Shown here piece after piece: positions 9,070 to 17,700 of a DNA stretch of 27,165 bases (position 1 is its first letter; the number at the start of each line of letters is the position of its first letter). Both the position numbers and the translations under genes were made by a program. This DNA comes from a virus (taxonomy: Duplodnaviria > Caudoviricetes): positions 1 to 27,165 of the IMG/VR virus record IMGVR_UViG_3300037424_003002; one strand, written 5' to 3'. Below the pieces are notes generated by a model. It searched no databases. It was not told where the DNA came from and saw nothing but the letters and a program-made list of their open reading frames with translations.

Positions 9070-9298
9070 TAGCAGGTACGACACGCAGCCGGTAGACGCC
9101 GCGCCCAACGGGTTCCAGGTAGAAGAAATTGCCACTCTCGTCGGTGACGATCACGCCCGCGGTTTGCAGGGCGGCAAGATCTACGGTGGGTTTCCCTTCG
9201 GCGAATTTCGGAACTGGACCGGAGCCCGCCGCAACCTTCGTTTGCTTGGGGGCTTTCGGTTCCTTCGTTTGCTTGGGGGCTTTCGGTTCTTGTGCCAT
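9062..9298 (-). CDS. Small hypothetical protein with duplicated EPKAPKQTK
   Basis: AAGGAGA SD upstream; 78 aa; stop overlaps the next ATG. Confidence 0.65.
   Translation of the reverse strand: MAQEPKAPKQTKEPKAPKQTKVAAGSGPVPKFAEGKPTVDLAALQTAGVIVTDESGNFFYLEPVGRGVYRLRVVPANA
9235..9288. repeat. Perfect 27-bp tandem duplication, in frame
   Basis: ccttcgtttgcttgggggctttcggtt at 9235-9261 and 9262-9288. Confidence 0.95.
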
Positions 9299-9320
9299 GA
9301 TCTATCTCCTTATGGATTAG

Positions 9321-9354
9321 TAAAAGCCCGCCCGTTTTCTGCGCGGCGGGCTTT
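9321..9354 (-). terminator. Intrinsic terminator after capsid and cement genes
   Basis: aaagcccgcc (9323-9332) pairs with ggcgggcttt (9345-9354); on the minus strand the stem ends in TTTTACT. Confidence 0.7.
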
Positions 9355-9373
9355 GGTTGTGTTTGGGTTCGGC

Positions 9374-9769
9374 TTATTCGTAGGATCGCTTGGTGTACCG
9401 ACCGGCGGGCACCAGCGCGACCAACACCTTACCGGCGTTGAAATCAGATCCGGTATCGGCGTCGGTGATGGTGAGATCCACCTTCACTTTTGCGCGCCCG
9501 TTCAGCAACGGGACGCCGTACTCGGTGATCTTGTTCGTCACAACGTTGGCATACGTGATGTCCGGAAGCGTCACCACTTCCTTGGCATTCGTGCCATCGT
9601 CCGAGTAAGTGAACTTTGCGACGATCTTGTCGCCCGTCTCTGCCAGGGTTGGAACTACGATCCGTAACTCCATCGGCTGGGTCTGTGGAGGCATGTCCAC
9701 ATAGCTGCCTGCCAGACTTGCGGTCAGGTCGGCGCTGCCATCACGGAAGAGGAATTGAGCATCTTGCAT
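9374..9769 (-). CDS. Capsid cement/decoration protein (Bbp16-like)
   Basis: 131 aa directly after the MCP; N-terminus MQDAQFLFRD...TAS....VDM resembles the Bbp16 family; AAGGAG SD. Confidence 0.6.
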   Translation of the reverse strand: MQDAQFLFRDGSADLTASLAGSYVDMPPQTQPMELRIVVPTLAETGDKIVAKFTYSDDGTNAKEVVTLPDITYANVVTNKITEYGVPLLNGRAKVKVDLTITDADTGSDFNAGKVLVALVPAGRYTKRSYE

Positions 9770-9781
9770 GTCGCACTCTCC

Positions 9782-10759
9782 TTATAAAGCCTGGATGTTA
9801 TACAGCCAGGAAACAGAACGCGGGTCGGTGATGAAGATGCCGGCCGCCCAGTCCAGCTCGACGTGTTTGAGCACGCCGGTCTGCCACTCGAAGGTCTGCA
9901 TGCCACCATCGTCCTGCCAGCCGGTCACGTAGTCCTGACCGAGCTTCGCAAACATCATGGACGATTTGCCAGCTGAGCCGGTCGGCACACCGGTCGCGCC
10001 TTCATCGTCTGCCATGATCTTGGTGGTCTGGTCCGCCTTCGTGCCCATATCCAGGATCATCGGTCCGCCTTCACCCCAGGTGGAGATCGTGCGACCGAAG
10101 GAGTCCTTAGTCGTGGCAAACATATTCAGCTCGCGCGCCACTGCATCGATGCGCAGCTTCATCGTGTCGCTGGTCAGGATCGCGTCACACGTGTGCTCAC
10201 GGCAGGCGTAGATCGCCTTCTGGACCAGGTCGTAGAACGTGCCGCAGTTGGCGGCGAACGTGGCTGCATCAGACGAAATATCGATGGCGCTTGCATCGAA
10301 GATCTGTGCAGAGAAATCGCGGGGGAAGCGATAGCGCATCCCGACGATGGTGTCGACGTTGGCGCTCGGCGTGTTATTGATGAAGTCGTGGTTCCAGCCA
10401 TACGCCAACGCGGTTGCGTACATCTTCACATTCCACGCTGCCGGGTCCTGGATCAGGTCGGCTTTGCCAGTCAGGCGGTGATCGAAATCAACGCGTCCGC
10501 CGAACAGGTAGGCGTTCTCTTCGAGCGGCTCGATGCTGCCAACGCTGTGGGCGTAGGCCGCATTGAGCTTGCGGTTTTGCAGAGTGGGAAGGGATTTGAT
10601 CCGCAGCCCCTTTGCCTTCAACGAATTGACGGTCGGGAACTGCATCTTTTCGAGGAGGAACGACTCTTTGCGCAGGATGTCCACGACACCGCTGGAAAGC
10701 ATTTTGCCGTCCTTCTCCAGGAACTGGCTGTATTCTGCCAGTGTGAGGTAAGTAGCCAT
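9782..10759 (-). CDS. Major capsid protein (BPP-1 Bbp17 / epsilon15 gp7-like)
   Basis: 325 aa; LTLAEY..GVVDIL..ES.LLE.MQF and C-terminal ELDWAAGI....PRSV..L.NI; AGGAG SD; between scaffold and cement genes. Confidence 0.8.
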   Translation of the reverse strand: MATYLTLAEYSQFLEKDGKMLSSGVVDILRKESFLLEKMQFPTVNSLKAKGLRIKSLPTLQNRKLNAAYAHSVGSIEPLEENAYLFGGRVDFDHRLTGKADLIQDPAAWNVKMYATALAYGWNHDFINNTPSANVDTIVGMRYRFPRDFSAQIFDASAIDISSDAATFAANCGTFYDLVQKAIYACREHTCDAILTSDTMKLRIDAVARELNMFATTKDSFGRTISTWGEGGPMILDMGTKADQTTKIMADDEGATGVPTGSAGKSSMMFAKLGQDYVTGWQDDGGMQTFEWQTGVLKHVELDWAAGIFITDPRSVSWLYNIQAL

Positions 10760-10780
10760 AACATTCTCCTGAAAGGATTA

Positions 10781-11473
10781 CTACTGACGCTTGGGGGGTT
10801 CCTGCGATTGCCACTGTCCGGAAGACAGGCCCTTGCTGATCTTCTCCTCAGGCGTCAACGGTTTGGATGATGGTCTTGCTTCGCCTCCGCCCAGCGTGCG
10901 GGCATCGGCTGTATCTTTTTGGAGTTCCAACCGCTCACGCTTCTCGCTGACAGCTTTCTGGACAGCCATGATGTACTTGACCATGCTCCCGTTGGGATCA
11001 TCGAGCGCCGTCTGGATGTTTCTGAATTCAGGGTCGGTTGCTTTGACATCCAGCTTCTCGGTCTCGTAGATCTCCATGGTCGCATCAAATACAGGGTGTC
11101 CGGGTCCAAGTCCCTGCGGCTGCTGGGGTCCTGGTTGTTCTGGCGTGGCTTGGGTCTCGCCATCAACACGAGACTCAATTTCTCCACGTAAGGCTGCCTG
11201 CATCTCGGGAGTTATGGCGACGTTGGCTTTCGTCAACATCTCCGTAATTCCTTTGAGCTGCGTTTCGACGTTGCGCGTTCGGTCTCGATCAGATTGCTTT
11301 ACACGACTAACGATCTCAGTCGCGAACTGGTCGAGATCTTTCTTGGTGACATACTGCGGTTGTTCCGCGGGCTGCTCCGGAGACGCTGCGGGCTGGGCAG
11401 GTGTTGGCTCGGGAGCAGGTTGCGCACTGGCCGGTGCGGGGATTGCCTGCGGTTCGGTGGACGGTAGTGTCAT
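10781..11473 (-). CDS. Capsid scaffolding protein (putative)
   Basis: ATG 11473 with GGAGG SD; Pro/Gln/Glu-rich N-terminus followed by helices; immediately upstream of the MCP. Confidence 0.65.
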   Translation of the reverse strand: MTLPSTEPQAIPAPASAQPAPEPTPAQPAASPEQPAEQPQYVTKKDLDQFATEIVSRVKQSDRDRTRNVETQLKGITEMLTKANVAITPEMQAALRGEIESRVDGETQATPEQPGPQQPQGLGPGHPVFDATMEIYETEKLDVKATDPEFRNIQTALDDPNGSMVKYIMAVQKAVSEKRERLELQKDTADARTLGGGEARPSSKPLTPEEKISKGLSSGQWQSQEPPKRQ

Positions 11474-11492
11474 TGTGAAAGTTCCTCCATTG

Positions 11493-11554
11493 CCGACAAA
11501 CGAAAAGCGGGACGCTACATGTGTAGCGTCCCGCGGGGTTTCCGATCTGTCGGA
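11493..11554 (-). terminator. Leader terminator/attenuator upstream of the scaffold-capsid genes
   Basis: Perfect 13-bp inverted repeat 11507-11519 / 11522-11534, followed on the minus strand by TTTTCGTTTG. Confidence 0.7.
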
Positions 11555-11577
11555 CAAGATATTAGGTTGTGCCGCGG

Positions 11578-11608
11578 ATTATAGCACAGAAGATCTTACC
11601 GCCGTCAA
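11578..11608 (-). promoter_or_regulatory. Sigma70-type promoter for scaffold/capsid genes
   Basis: Extended -10 TGcTATAAT (11586-11578); TTGACG at 11608-11603 (19-bp spacer). Confidence 0.7.
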
Positions 11609-11615
11609 TGGCGGT
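11598..11615. promoter_or_regulatory. Palindromic site (exact copy) overlapping the -35 box
   Basis: ACCGCC GTCAAT GGCGGT. Confidence 0.75.
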
Positions 11616-11626
11616 ACCTTCCGGAA

Positions 11627-11893
11627 TTACTTGGCTCGCTTGGATGTTATTTCATTAAGAGCGCCCTGCACGTTGTTCACACCAAATAACTCGACAAGCT
11701 TCTCGATCACTTCGTAGGCAGACAGGTAATCAAGATTGCCGACGCGATCAAACTTCAAGCTTTTTGTGGCTGGCTTTGGTTCGAGCTGATCCAGCAGATG
11801 GGCGCAGTATTCCAAGATCAAATCTTCGTAATACCCCTCTCTATCCCCTACCCACTCGATATACTTTTCATGTGCTCGATCTGTCGTGGTCAT
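11627..11893 (-). CDS. Hypothetical 88-aa protein coupled to the methyltransferase
   Basis: GAGGAG SD; ATG overlaps the MTase stop (ATGA); helical composition. Confidence 0.7.
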   Translation of the reverse strand: MTTTDRAHEKYIEWVGDREGYYEDLILEYCAHLLDQLEPKPATKSLKFDRVGNLDYLSAYEVIEKLVELFGVNNVQGALNEITSKRAK

Positions 11894-12573
11894 TTAGTGG
11901 CTCCTCTCTGCTGATTGATCACATCCAACAACGCCAAGCGCTTTAGTGCCGGCATCTCTGCAAGCATTCGCCGCCATCGCTTCTGCTGCTTCTTGATCGT
12001 CTCGCGCTCGCGGTAGTTCTCACCAAGATAAGAATAGTCGTGCAGCTCGAACGGCTCGGGGTAGTTCATCCATAGACATTCCTCGACCTGGTATCCACCA
12101 CGAACCATGACAGGATAGCTGATCCGCCTCCAATGTAGTTCATCGTAGAGCTGGTGCCTGTAACCTGAGATCGCGACGGGGCAGGGCAGAGATATAAGCA
12201 CGCTCAAAAGTTCCTGGTGCTCCTCGACAGTGGCGAACTCATGCTTGTAGATCGGCTGCCTGTGCGACCGAGTCTCCATGAGATAGGGCGGGTCGGCATA
12301 AACGAACTCGCTGCCGGTCCAGTTGTATGACTTGAGAAAGGATATCGCATCACCGTGGATGATGGTGCATGCAGCATCGCTGCTCATGGCGGTACGGAAC
12401 CGGGCAATTGCTTCAGCATCGACATCTATGCCGATGTTTGCGATCGCCGGCCTCTTCATGCGCATGATCGCGCCGCTGCCCAGGAAGGGTTCGATGTACG
12501 TGGTGTGCGGCGGGATCTGATTGATGATCCGCTGATGCACGCCGCTGTAGTTCTTGCCGCCTTTGTATCTCAT
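11890..12573 (-). CDS. Dam/D12-class N6-adenine DNA methyltransferase lacking the usual target-recognition domain
   Basis: YKGGK (X), YIEPFLGSGA (I), IGIDVD (II), GDAISFL (III), YADPPY (IV), ISGY; start ATG 12573 with GAGG SD. Confidence 0.85.
   Translation of the reverse strand: MRYKGGKNYSGVHQRIINQIPPHTTYIEPFLGSGAIMRMKRPAIANIGIDVDAEAIARFRTAMSSDAACTIIHGDAISFLKSYNWTGSEFVYADPPYLMETRSHRQPIYKHEFATVEEHQELLSVLISLPCPVAISGYRHQLYDELHWRRISYPVMVRGGYQVEECLWMNYPEPFELHDYSYLGENYRERETIKKQQKRWRRMLAEMPALKRLALLDVINQQRGATK
12349..12435. repeat. Three degenerate palindrome copies inside the MTase gene
   Basis: ATCACC GTGGAT GATGGT (12349), ATCGCT GCTCAT GGCGGT (12376), ATCGAC ATCTAT GCCGAT (12418), each preceded by GC. 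Confidence 0.6.
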
Positions 12574-12590
12574 GGCTACCTCTGTCATCG

Positions 12591-12619
12591 AGTATCGCCG
12601 AATGTGGCGGTGTTGTCAA
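12591..12619 (-). promoter_or_regulatory. Sigma70 promoter of the MTase with a palindromic site in its spacer
   Basis: TTGACA (12619-12614), 17 bp, GATACT (12596-12591); ATCGCC GAATGT GGCGGT at 12594-12611. Confidence 0.8.
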
Positions 12620-12634
12620 GGGTATAATTCCAAT

Positions 12635-12780
12635 TGCCCGGGAACGCCGTCTCGGTGCCCACACAGGGAGGTGCAGTGGAGATGTCTCGCAGCTCTGCTC
12701 TTGGCGTGTGAGTATACTGCTCCCCTTTTCTGGTGCTCTCCCCGATGGTTTCCGAGCCGGTTGGGGAGAGTGCATTTCTT
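12635..12780 (+). ncRNA. Candidate structured antisense RNA (three hairpins), family unknown
   Basis: TATAAT at 12623-12628; hairpins 12640-12660, 12665-12726 and 12733-12773 with several G-U pairs valid only on the + strand; ends in ATTTCTT. Confidence 0.4.
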
Positions 12781-12969
12781 GCCGTTGTTATGACCTGTAA
12801 CAGGGCGTGCTTGCTTGCTATATTGCAGATGTGACCTACGGTGCGGCGCGCGCGTTTCCTGCATCCAGAGCCGGATAAGCATATAGTCATACAGCGGGAT
12901 AGAAAGAAGCGCAGGGCATGGGTTCATTACGGCCTTGTGGTGGGAGGAAATAGATTGTTCATTCTATTG

Positions 12970-14331
12970 TCACCACAAATTTCTAAGCGCGTATAACTGA
13001 TTAATCGTAAGGCACGGAACCCCTTGGGTGGCAATATAATCCACCAATCCCTGAAAGCTCGCCGTACTCCACCCGTAAGTGGATGGAGTCTCAGCAATAT
13101 CGTGCAGAACGAAACACGCCACCTCGTAGGCGGATACAGCAGAATCAACTAATCCCGTTGCGGTAGCCAGGCTATCGGTCGGTCTTAGTTTTGCTGATGG
13201 CACTTTATATTTATCTATTTCGTAGATATCAAATAATTGCTGGGCAGAAGAGTCGTATAGTCGCCCGAGTTGCATCCCGGTGTTTTGCATCGCCGTTAGT
13301 GTGTCCGCGTTCCAACCGCCGCCGGGATAGGCGACGAAGGTGGCGGCGTCTGAAAGACTGTGCGCGATCAGGGCGTTTTTTGCATCCGTAAATTGCGCCT
13401 CCTGCTCCGCCTCGGTAAGAGTCGTCAGGGTGGGGTGCGTCTTTGTGTGGTTGCCAATCTTCCATCCAGCCGCCGCCATCTCCTGAAGCTGCTCCCATGT
13501 ACAATATCCCTCTGTTCCAATGCGATCAGTAATGGCATACGCCGTACCAACAAGCCCTTTGGATGCCATGTATGGGAAAGCTACTGTATATAAACTGGTA
13601 ACGCAGTCATCGAAGGTCAATAAAACACTCCCGGCAATCTGGGGGGCTTCCGGTGCCGCAATGGCGTTCATTTTTGCGGTAATGGCTGCGATTTGAGGGG
13701 TGGTAAGTTTCTTGTTGTACTGGACGTATGCCTGCACGCAATTCTGCCCAACGTGCAGCGGGACCGTTGCCGAATTTGAACCAAAAATAACAGAACTACG
13801 CGCTGGGGTTTCTGTGTAGCCGGACACAAACGTTTTGACAAGACTCCCGTCTACGTACCCCAGCGCGTTGCTGCCATTCGCTTCTGTCACAATTCCCACG
13901 ACTCCGGCGGTAATAGCCCCCGCAACTGTATTATCCAAAGTTCCGCAGATGAAATCCTTGCCCTGATAGGTTCCAACCGCAATAATGCAGTTTGTTTCCT
14001 TTGCGCCGAATAAATCGACTATTCCGCTGGACCTTGAAAAACGAAGCAATGCCGTATTTCCCAATCCAATTGCGCAGCCGGTATCCACGCTTCCAGTCCC
14101 GCCCTGCCCTCCTCCACTCACCCAGCCATAATACGGAGAATAAACAACGGTGGAGAGAACACTACCGGGTGATCCCCCTGCCAAATTAACAAGGCTTGAC
14201 GCAAGGCTGCCTGCATTTAAGGGCACGAAAGCACACACAATATCGGCGCGAGTAACACCCTCGGTAAGGAATACACCCAAAGGATTTTCGCCGACTGCGA
14301 TCACCGGAATAAACGCACGCCTATTGCGCAT
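12970..14331 (-). CDS. Polysaccharide deacetylase (CE4/NodB) fused to an N-terminal LamG/ConA-like beta-sandwich
   Basis: LLTFDD, GNHTKTHPTL, VAYPGG and VLHD CE4 motifs; N-terminal half has GYVDGSL..VIFG..YVQYNKKLT; visibly more AT-rich than its neighbours. Confidence 0.85.
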   Translation of the reverse strand: MRNRRAFIPVIAVGENPLGVFLTEGVTRADIVCAFVPLNAGSLASSLVNLAGGSPGSVLSTVVYSPYYGWVSGGGQGGTGSVDTGCAIGLGNTALLRFSRSSGIVDLFGAKETNCIIAVGTYQGKDFICGTLDNTVAGAITAGVVGIVTEANGSNALGYVDGSLVKTFVSGYTETPARSSVIFGSNSATVPLHVGQNCVQAYVQYNKKLTTPQIAAITAKMNAIAAPEAPQIAGSVLLTFDDCVTSLYTVAFPYMASKGLVGTAYAITDRIGTEGYCTWEQLQEMAAAGWKIGNHTKTHPTLTTLTEAEQEAQFTDAKNALIAHSLSDAATFVAYPGGGWNADTLTAMQNTGMQLGRLYDSSAQQLFDIYEIDKYKVPSAKLRPTDSLATATGLVDSAVSAYEVACFVLHDIAETPSTYGWSTASFQGLVDYIATQGVPCLTINQLYALRNLW

Positions 14332-14370
14332 GGAACACCTCGCACGATAGAAACTTTATTCTATTCATAG

Positions 14371-14730
14371 TCATGATGTGCCCCATCCATACAGGCCCAC
14401 AAGAATCTCTCTTGCCGCCGCCTGAGCGACCGGCGTTCCGCTGGTTCCGCTGCGCAACTTGATCGCATCTGCAAGCATTGGCAGGTCTGCTGGATTGATG
14501 TGAATATGCCGACCCGCCGCGGCTTTTATCACCAATTCGGTGCCGTCCTTGTCGTACACATCTCTGAAATCCGAATCGTTCATGCTTGCCTGAAGCGTGA
14601 GGTCTCCGGTAGTCCATTCGGCGGGCAGGGAAATTTCACAAATCCCCGCGCCGTTGACCTGGATCGCGTCGCTCAGGCTTGCACTCTCGGCAATGGTTGC
14701 TGTAAGTTTTGGTATCCAAGCTGTTGACAT
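14371..14730 (-). CDS. Small virion-type beta-sandwich protein
   Basis: AAGGAG SD; SLSDAI...LPAEWT...LTLQAS.....F.DVYD pattern seen in phage structural proteins. Confidence 0.55.
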   Translation of the reverse strand: MSTAWIPKLTATIAESASLSDAIQVNGAGICEISLPAEWTTGDLTLQASMNDSDFRDVYDKDGTELVIKAAAGRHIHINPADLPMLADAIKLRSGTSGTPVAQAAAREILVGLYGWGTS

Positions 14731-14741
14731 TTTTTATCTCC

Positions 14742-17700
14742 TTATTGTTGTGGTTGCTGGTACATCATAGCGGGCACGACCTGACTATTGAGCCAGGATT
14801 TGAAATCGCCCATCGGTCTGCCCTCCCTGATCCATACTTGTTCGAGTGCCGACGTCGCGCCCTTTGGCAGAGGCTTGCCGGTCATGGCATAGGTGACAAT
14901 GAACTGCTCGAGCCCCGGCGCCCACGTGGAGGTGTCTACTGTTTTGAATACCTTGCCCTGAAGGATCGGCTTGAGGCCGGGGTACTGTTTGTAGTAGCCA
15001 TCCCTCCAGTTCTGGTATTCCTTGAGCCGCGGGAACTTCAAGAGATACCCGGCGCGCTTCGACTTTGGCAGGGAGTAATAGCCCTGCTCGAGCATGAAGT
15101 AATCTGAATACTTATCCTTGCGCTCAGTGAAGAATTTATCAGTGACCGCGGTCACACTCGGATCATACAGGTCCAACTGCGGCTGCTCGCCAGCTGGCAC
15201 CGCCATCACCGGCGATGTCTCCGGAGTGCGCGGGATCAGGGCGCCCAGCATCTGTGCCCAGCTGGTCAGCGTCTGCACGTCCAGGCTGTCATAGGATCGG
15301 GTCTCTTTGTCCAGGAAGGACCTGGCGAACTCGTCGCCCATCTGCGCGCGCGCGGCTTTCTTGTTTGTGTCACCGAGCGCCATGTACTGGTCCCAGATGT
15401 TGCCGACCAGATAGGACCGTAGTCTCTCCTGCGGCTCTTTGCCTTTCGCCAGGTACGCTTCGTACTCCGGATGTTCCTCGAAGAATGAATTGATCGCGGT
15501 CTTGTCGCCGGCATCGTACTGTTTCCAGGCTGCATTCCATTCGGTCTTCAAGCCGCGGTACTCCAGCTCACCGGCTGGCAACAGACCTGATCCGAACAGC
15601 GATGGCAGGAAGGACTTGGCTGCATCGCCTGCGCCGCCGTGTGTACCTGCGTAGACCGCGCCGGCCAGTGGTGTGCGCATGGCGAGCTCCATCTTTACAC
15701 GCTCACGCGCCTGGTCGAAGAGTTCACCGTTGCGCTCGATCATCGCCATCTGTGCATCCTGGGAGGAGATCAGTCCCTCCGCTACCATATTCGCCAGCTG
15801 CCGGTCGACATAGTAATCACCGAATTCACCGAACTCAGGCAGCCCGGCTTTCTTGCGAAGCATCTCCTCCGGCTTGCCGATCACGCCGACAAACTGACCA
15901 ATCGGTTCTGCCCAGGTTCCCTTCGTTGTCGCCTCGATAGCGCGGGATGTGTTGAGTAGCGGCGTCGATGTGACTTTGTTGGGGTCCCCCTTGGATAGGA
16001 ATGGAACCTCGACACCCATCAGATTGAGCGGTGTGCTCAGATACCATGCCGGCCCGAACAGGGTTGCCATGAAGTCAAACGGGTTGGAGATCTCGGACTC
16101 TCGCCTAATCCCTGCCTCCGCTGCGGCTCGTTCCCATAGCGCTCCGCTCCTGGTGGCTGCTGCCTGTGCGATGGCGTCCTGGCTGATCGTCCCGTCTGCC
16201 GCCCACTCCTGGAGGATACGCTCTGCCTCGATGACCTGATAGTTCTTGTCGCGCATCATTGTTTCAAAGGGACGCAGGAAGCCCGCCGGCGTGAACAGGT
16301 TTTGAAGCGGGTCGATGTAGAGCGCGTCGCCCATCCAATCCGGAAGCCAGGGGGCAGGGATACGGAACTTGTTGCGCAGGCGCTCGGGTACATCCCGCTC
16401 ATGCTGGTTCTGCATGTTACGGATGCGGGCATAGTTGGCATACCATGACGGCTTGTCCAGGGCACGTATGCCCCAGGTCATCAGGCTCCTGGTGTAGTAG
16501 AACTCGTACGGCGCTACCGTCTCCAGGTAGCGGTCGAAGCCATACCGCCGGTTGTAGTTCAGCATAGCGAAGTCGCGCTGGCTCTCGCCCCACTTGACCG
16601 TCGAGTTCTTCACCGCGCCCATGTCGTTCTGCACGCTCCGAACGTACTGCCTGAGCTGCTGCTGCCCTTCAGGAGACAAGTCTTTATAGGCGCCGTCGAG
16701 CGATCGCTCGCCCGTCAGCTTGTCGATTGCCACGGTCTGCATTGCATCCAGGAGCGGACGGACATGCTGCTTCCAGCCGGCGTCCTGCCATTCACTGTCT
16801 GCCTTGAAGCCTGAGGCGTTCTCCATGGTGCCGAGTGGGTACGGGTCCTGAAAGATGGTGTTGTTGCTGTCGGTGTTGCGCTGCGCTCGCATTCTCTTTG
16901 CCTTCTCACGGATCGAGTCCAGGTCGAGAGTCTGCCTAATGTAGGCTACCTCTTCGGCGCGGGCTGCCTCGTCGATGTTGAGATCGATCTTCTCTTTGCC
17001 TGTTCGCTCTTCCTGGACAAGCCGGTTCTCGGTTGCGTTCCCGCGAGCTTCCATCTCTGCGACGGTCAGGTCGTTGTTATAGGAGGCTTCGGCTACCACC
17101 TGGTCGCGTTGCAGTAGGTCAAGCTCCTGATCGAGCCGCATTTGTGTATCGATGAAATCTCTCACGATCTCATAAGGCACGTCATCCGGTATAGACTGGA
17201 AGGCGCTGTTTATTTCAGTGTTCAATTCCTGTAGTCTTTTTATCCTCTGCGCCTCACTCCCGCTCTTCAATGTATTGTCAAGACGCGCGAGGATATTATC
17301 CAGTCCTCCGATCAAATCTTCCGGCGTGACCTCCAGCAAACCCGCGCCGCTTGCCTGCAACAACTCCCGATTGACAAGCGCCCTGTCCACTGCTTCAGGT
17401 GTCAAGTCGTCGAAGCTCATCACGTATTGTCCCTCTTCAGTGTTGCCCGCGTACTTCTTCACCAGACGCAACAGATCGTACCTCGCGCGGGGTACCTGGT
17501 TGCCCTGATCATCCACTCCGAAGAAGCCGTGGTTTGCTGCTGCCTCCCACACACTGGTGACTTTGGCTTGGACGGCTTCCTGCTGCTCGCGCACGCGTTG
17601 CTGAGCCTGCTCGATCAAGGCGCGGGTCTCATCTGCAACAGGCTCTCTGATAAACACATCCTCCCCACCTGTGCGCGTAGTGGTAGCAGGGGAGGGGGCG

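Noticed and set aside
12635-12780. Known riboswitch, tRNA or SECIS
   Set aside because: No consensus that I recognise, no cloverleaf, and no credible read-through product after the UGA
12585-12962. Minus-strand ORFs 12616-12927 and 12585-12890, and an 11-codon ORF ending at 12927
   Set aside because: No clear SD, atypical composition, overlap with the promoter and hairpin region. 12616-12927 is not fully excluded because of a TAATG overlap
13318-13335. GCCGCC GGGATA GGCGAC and other weak matches (9128, 9455, 9512, 21889)
   Set aside because: Two or more mismatches, isolated from other copies and mostly without the typical flanks; expected by chance in GC-rich coding DNA
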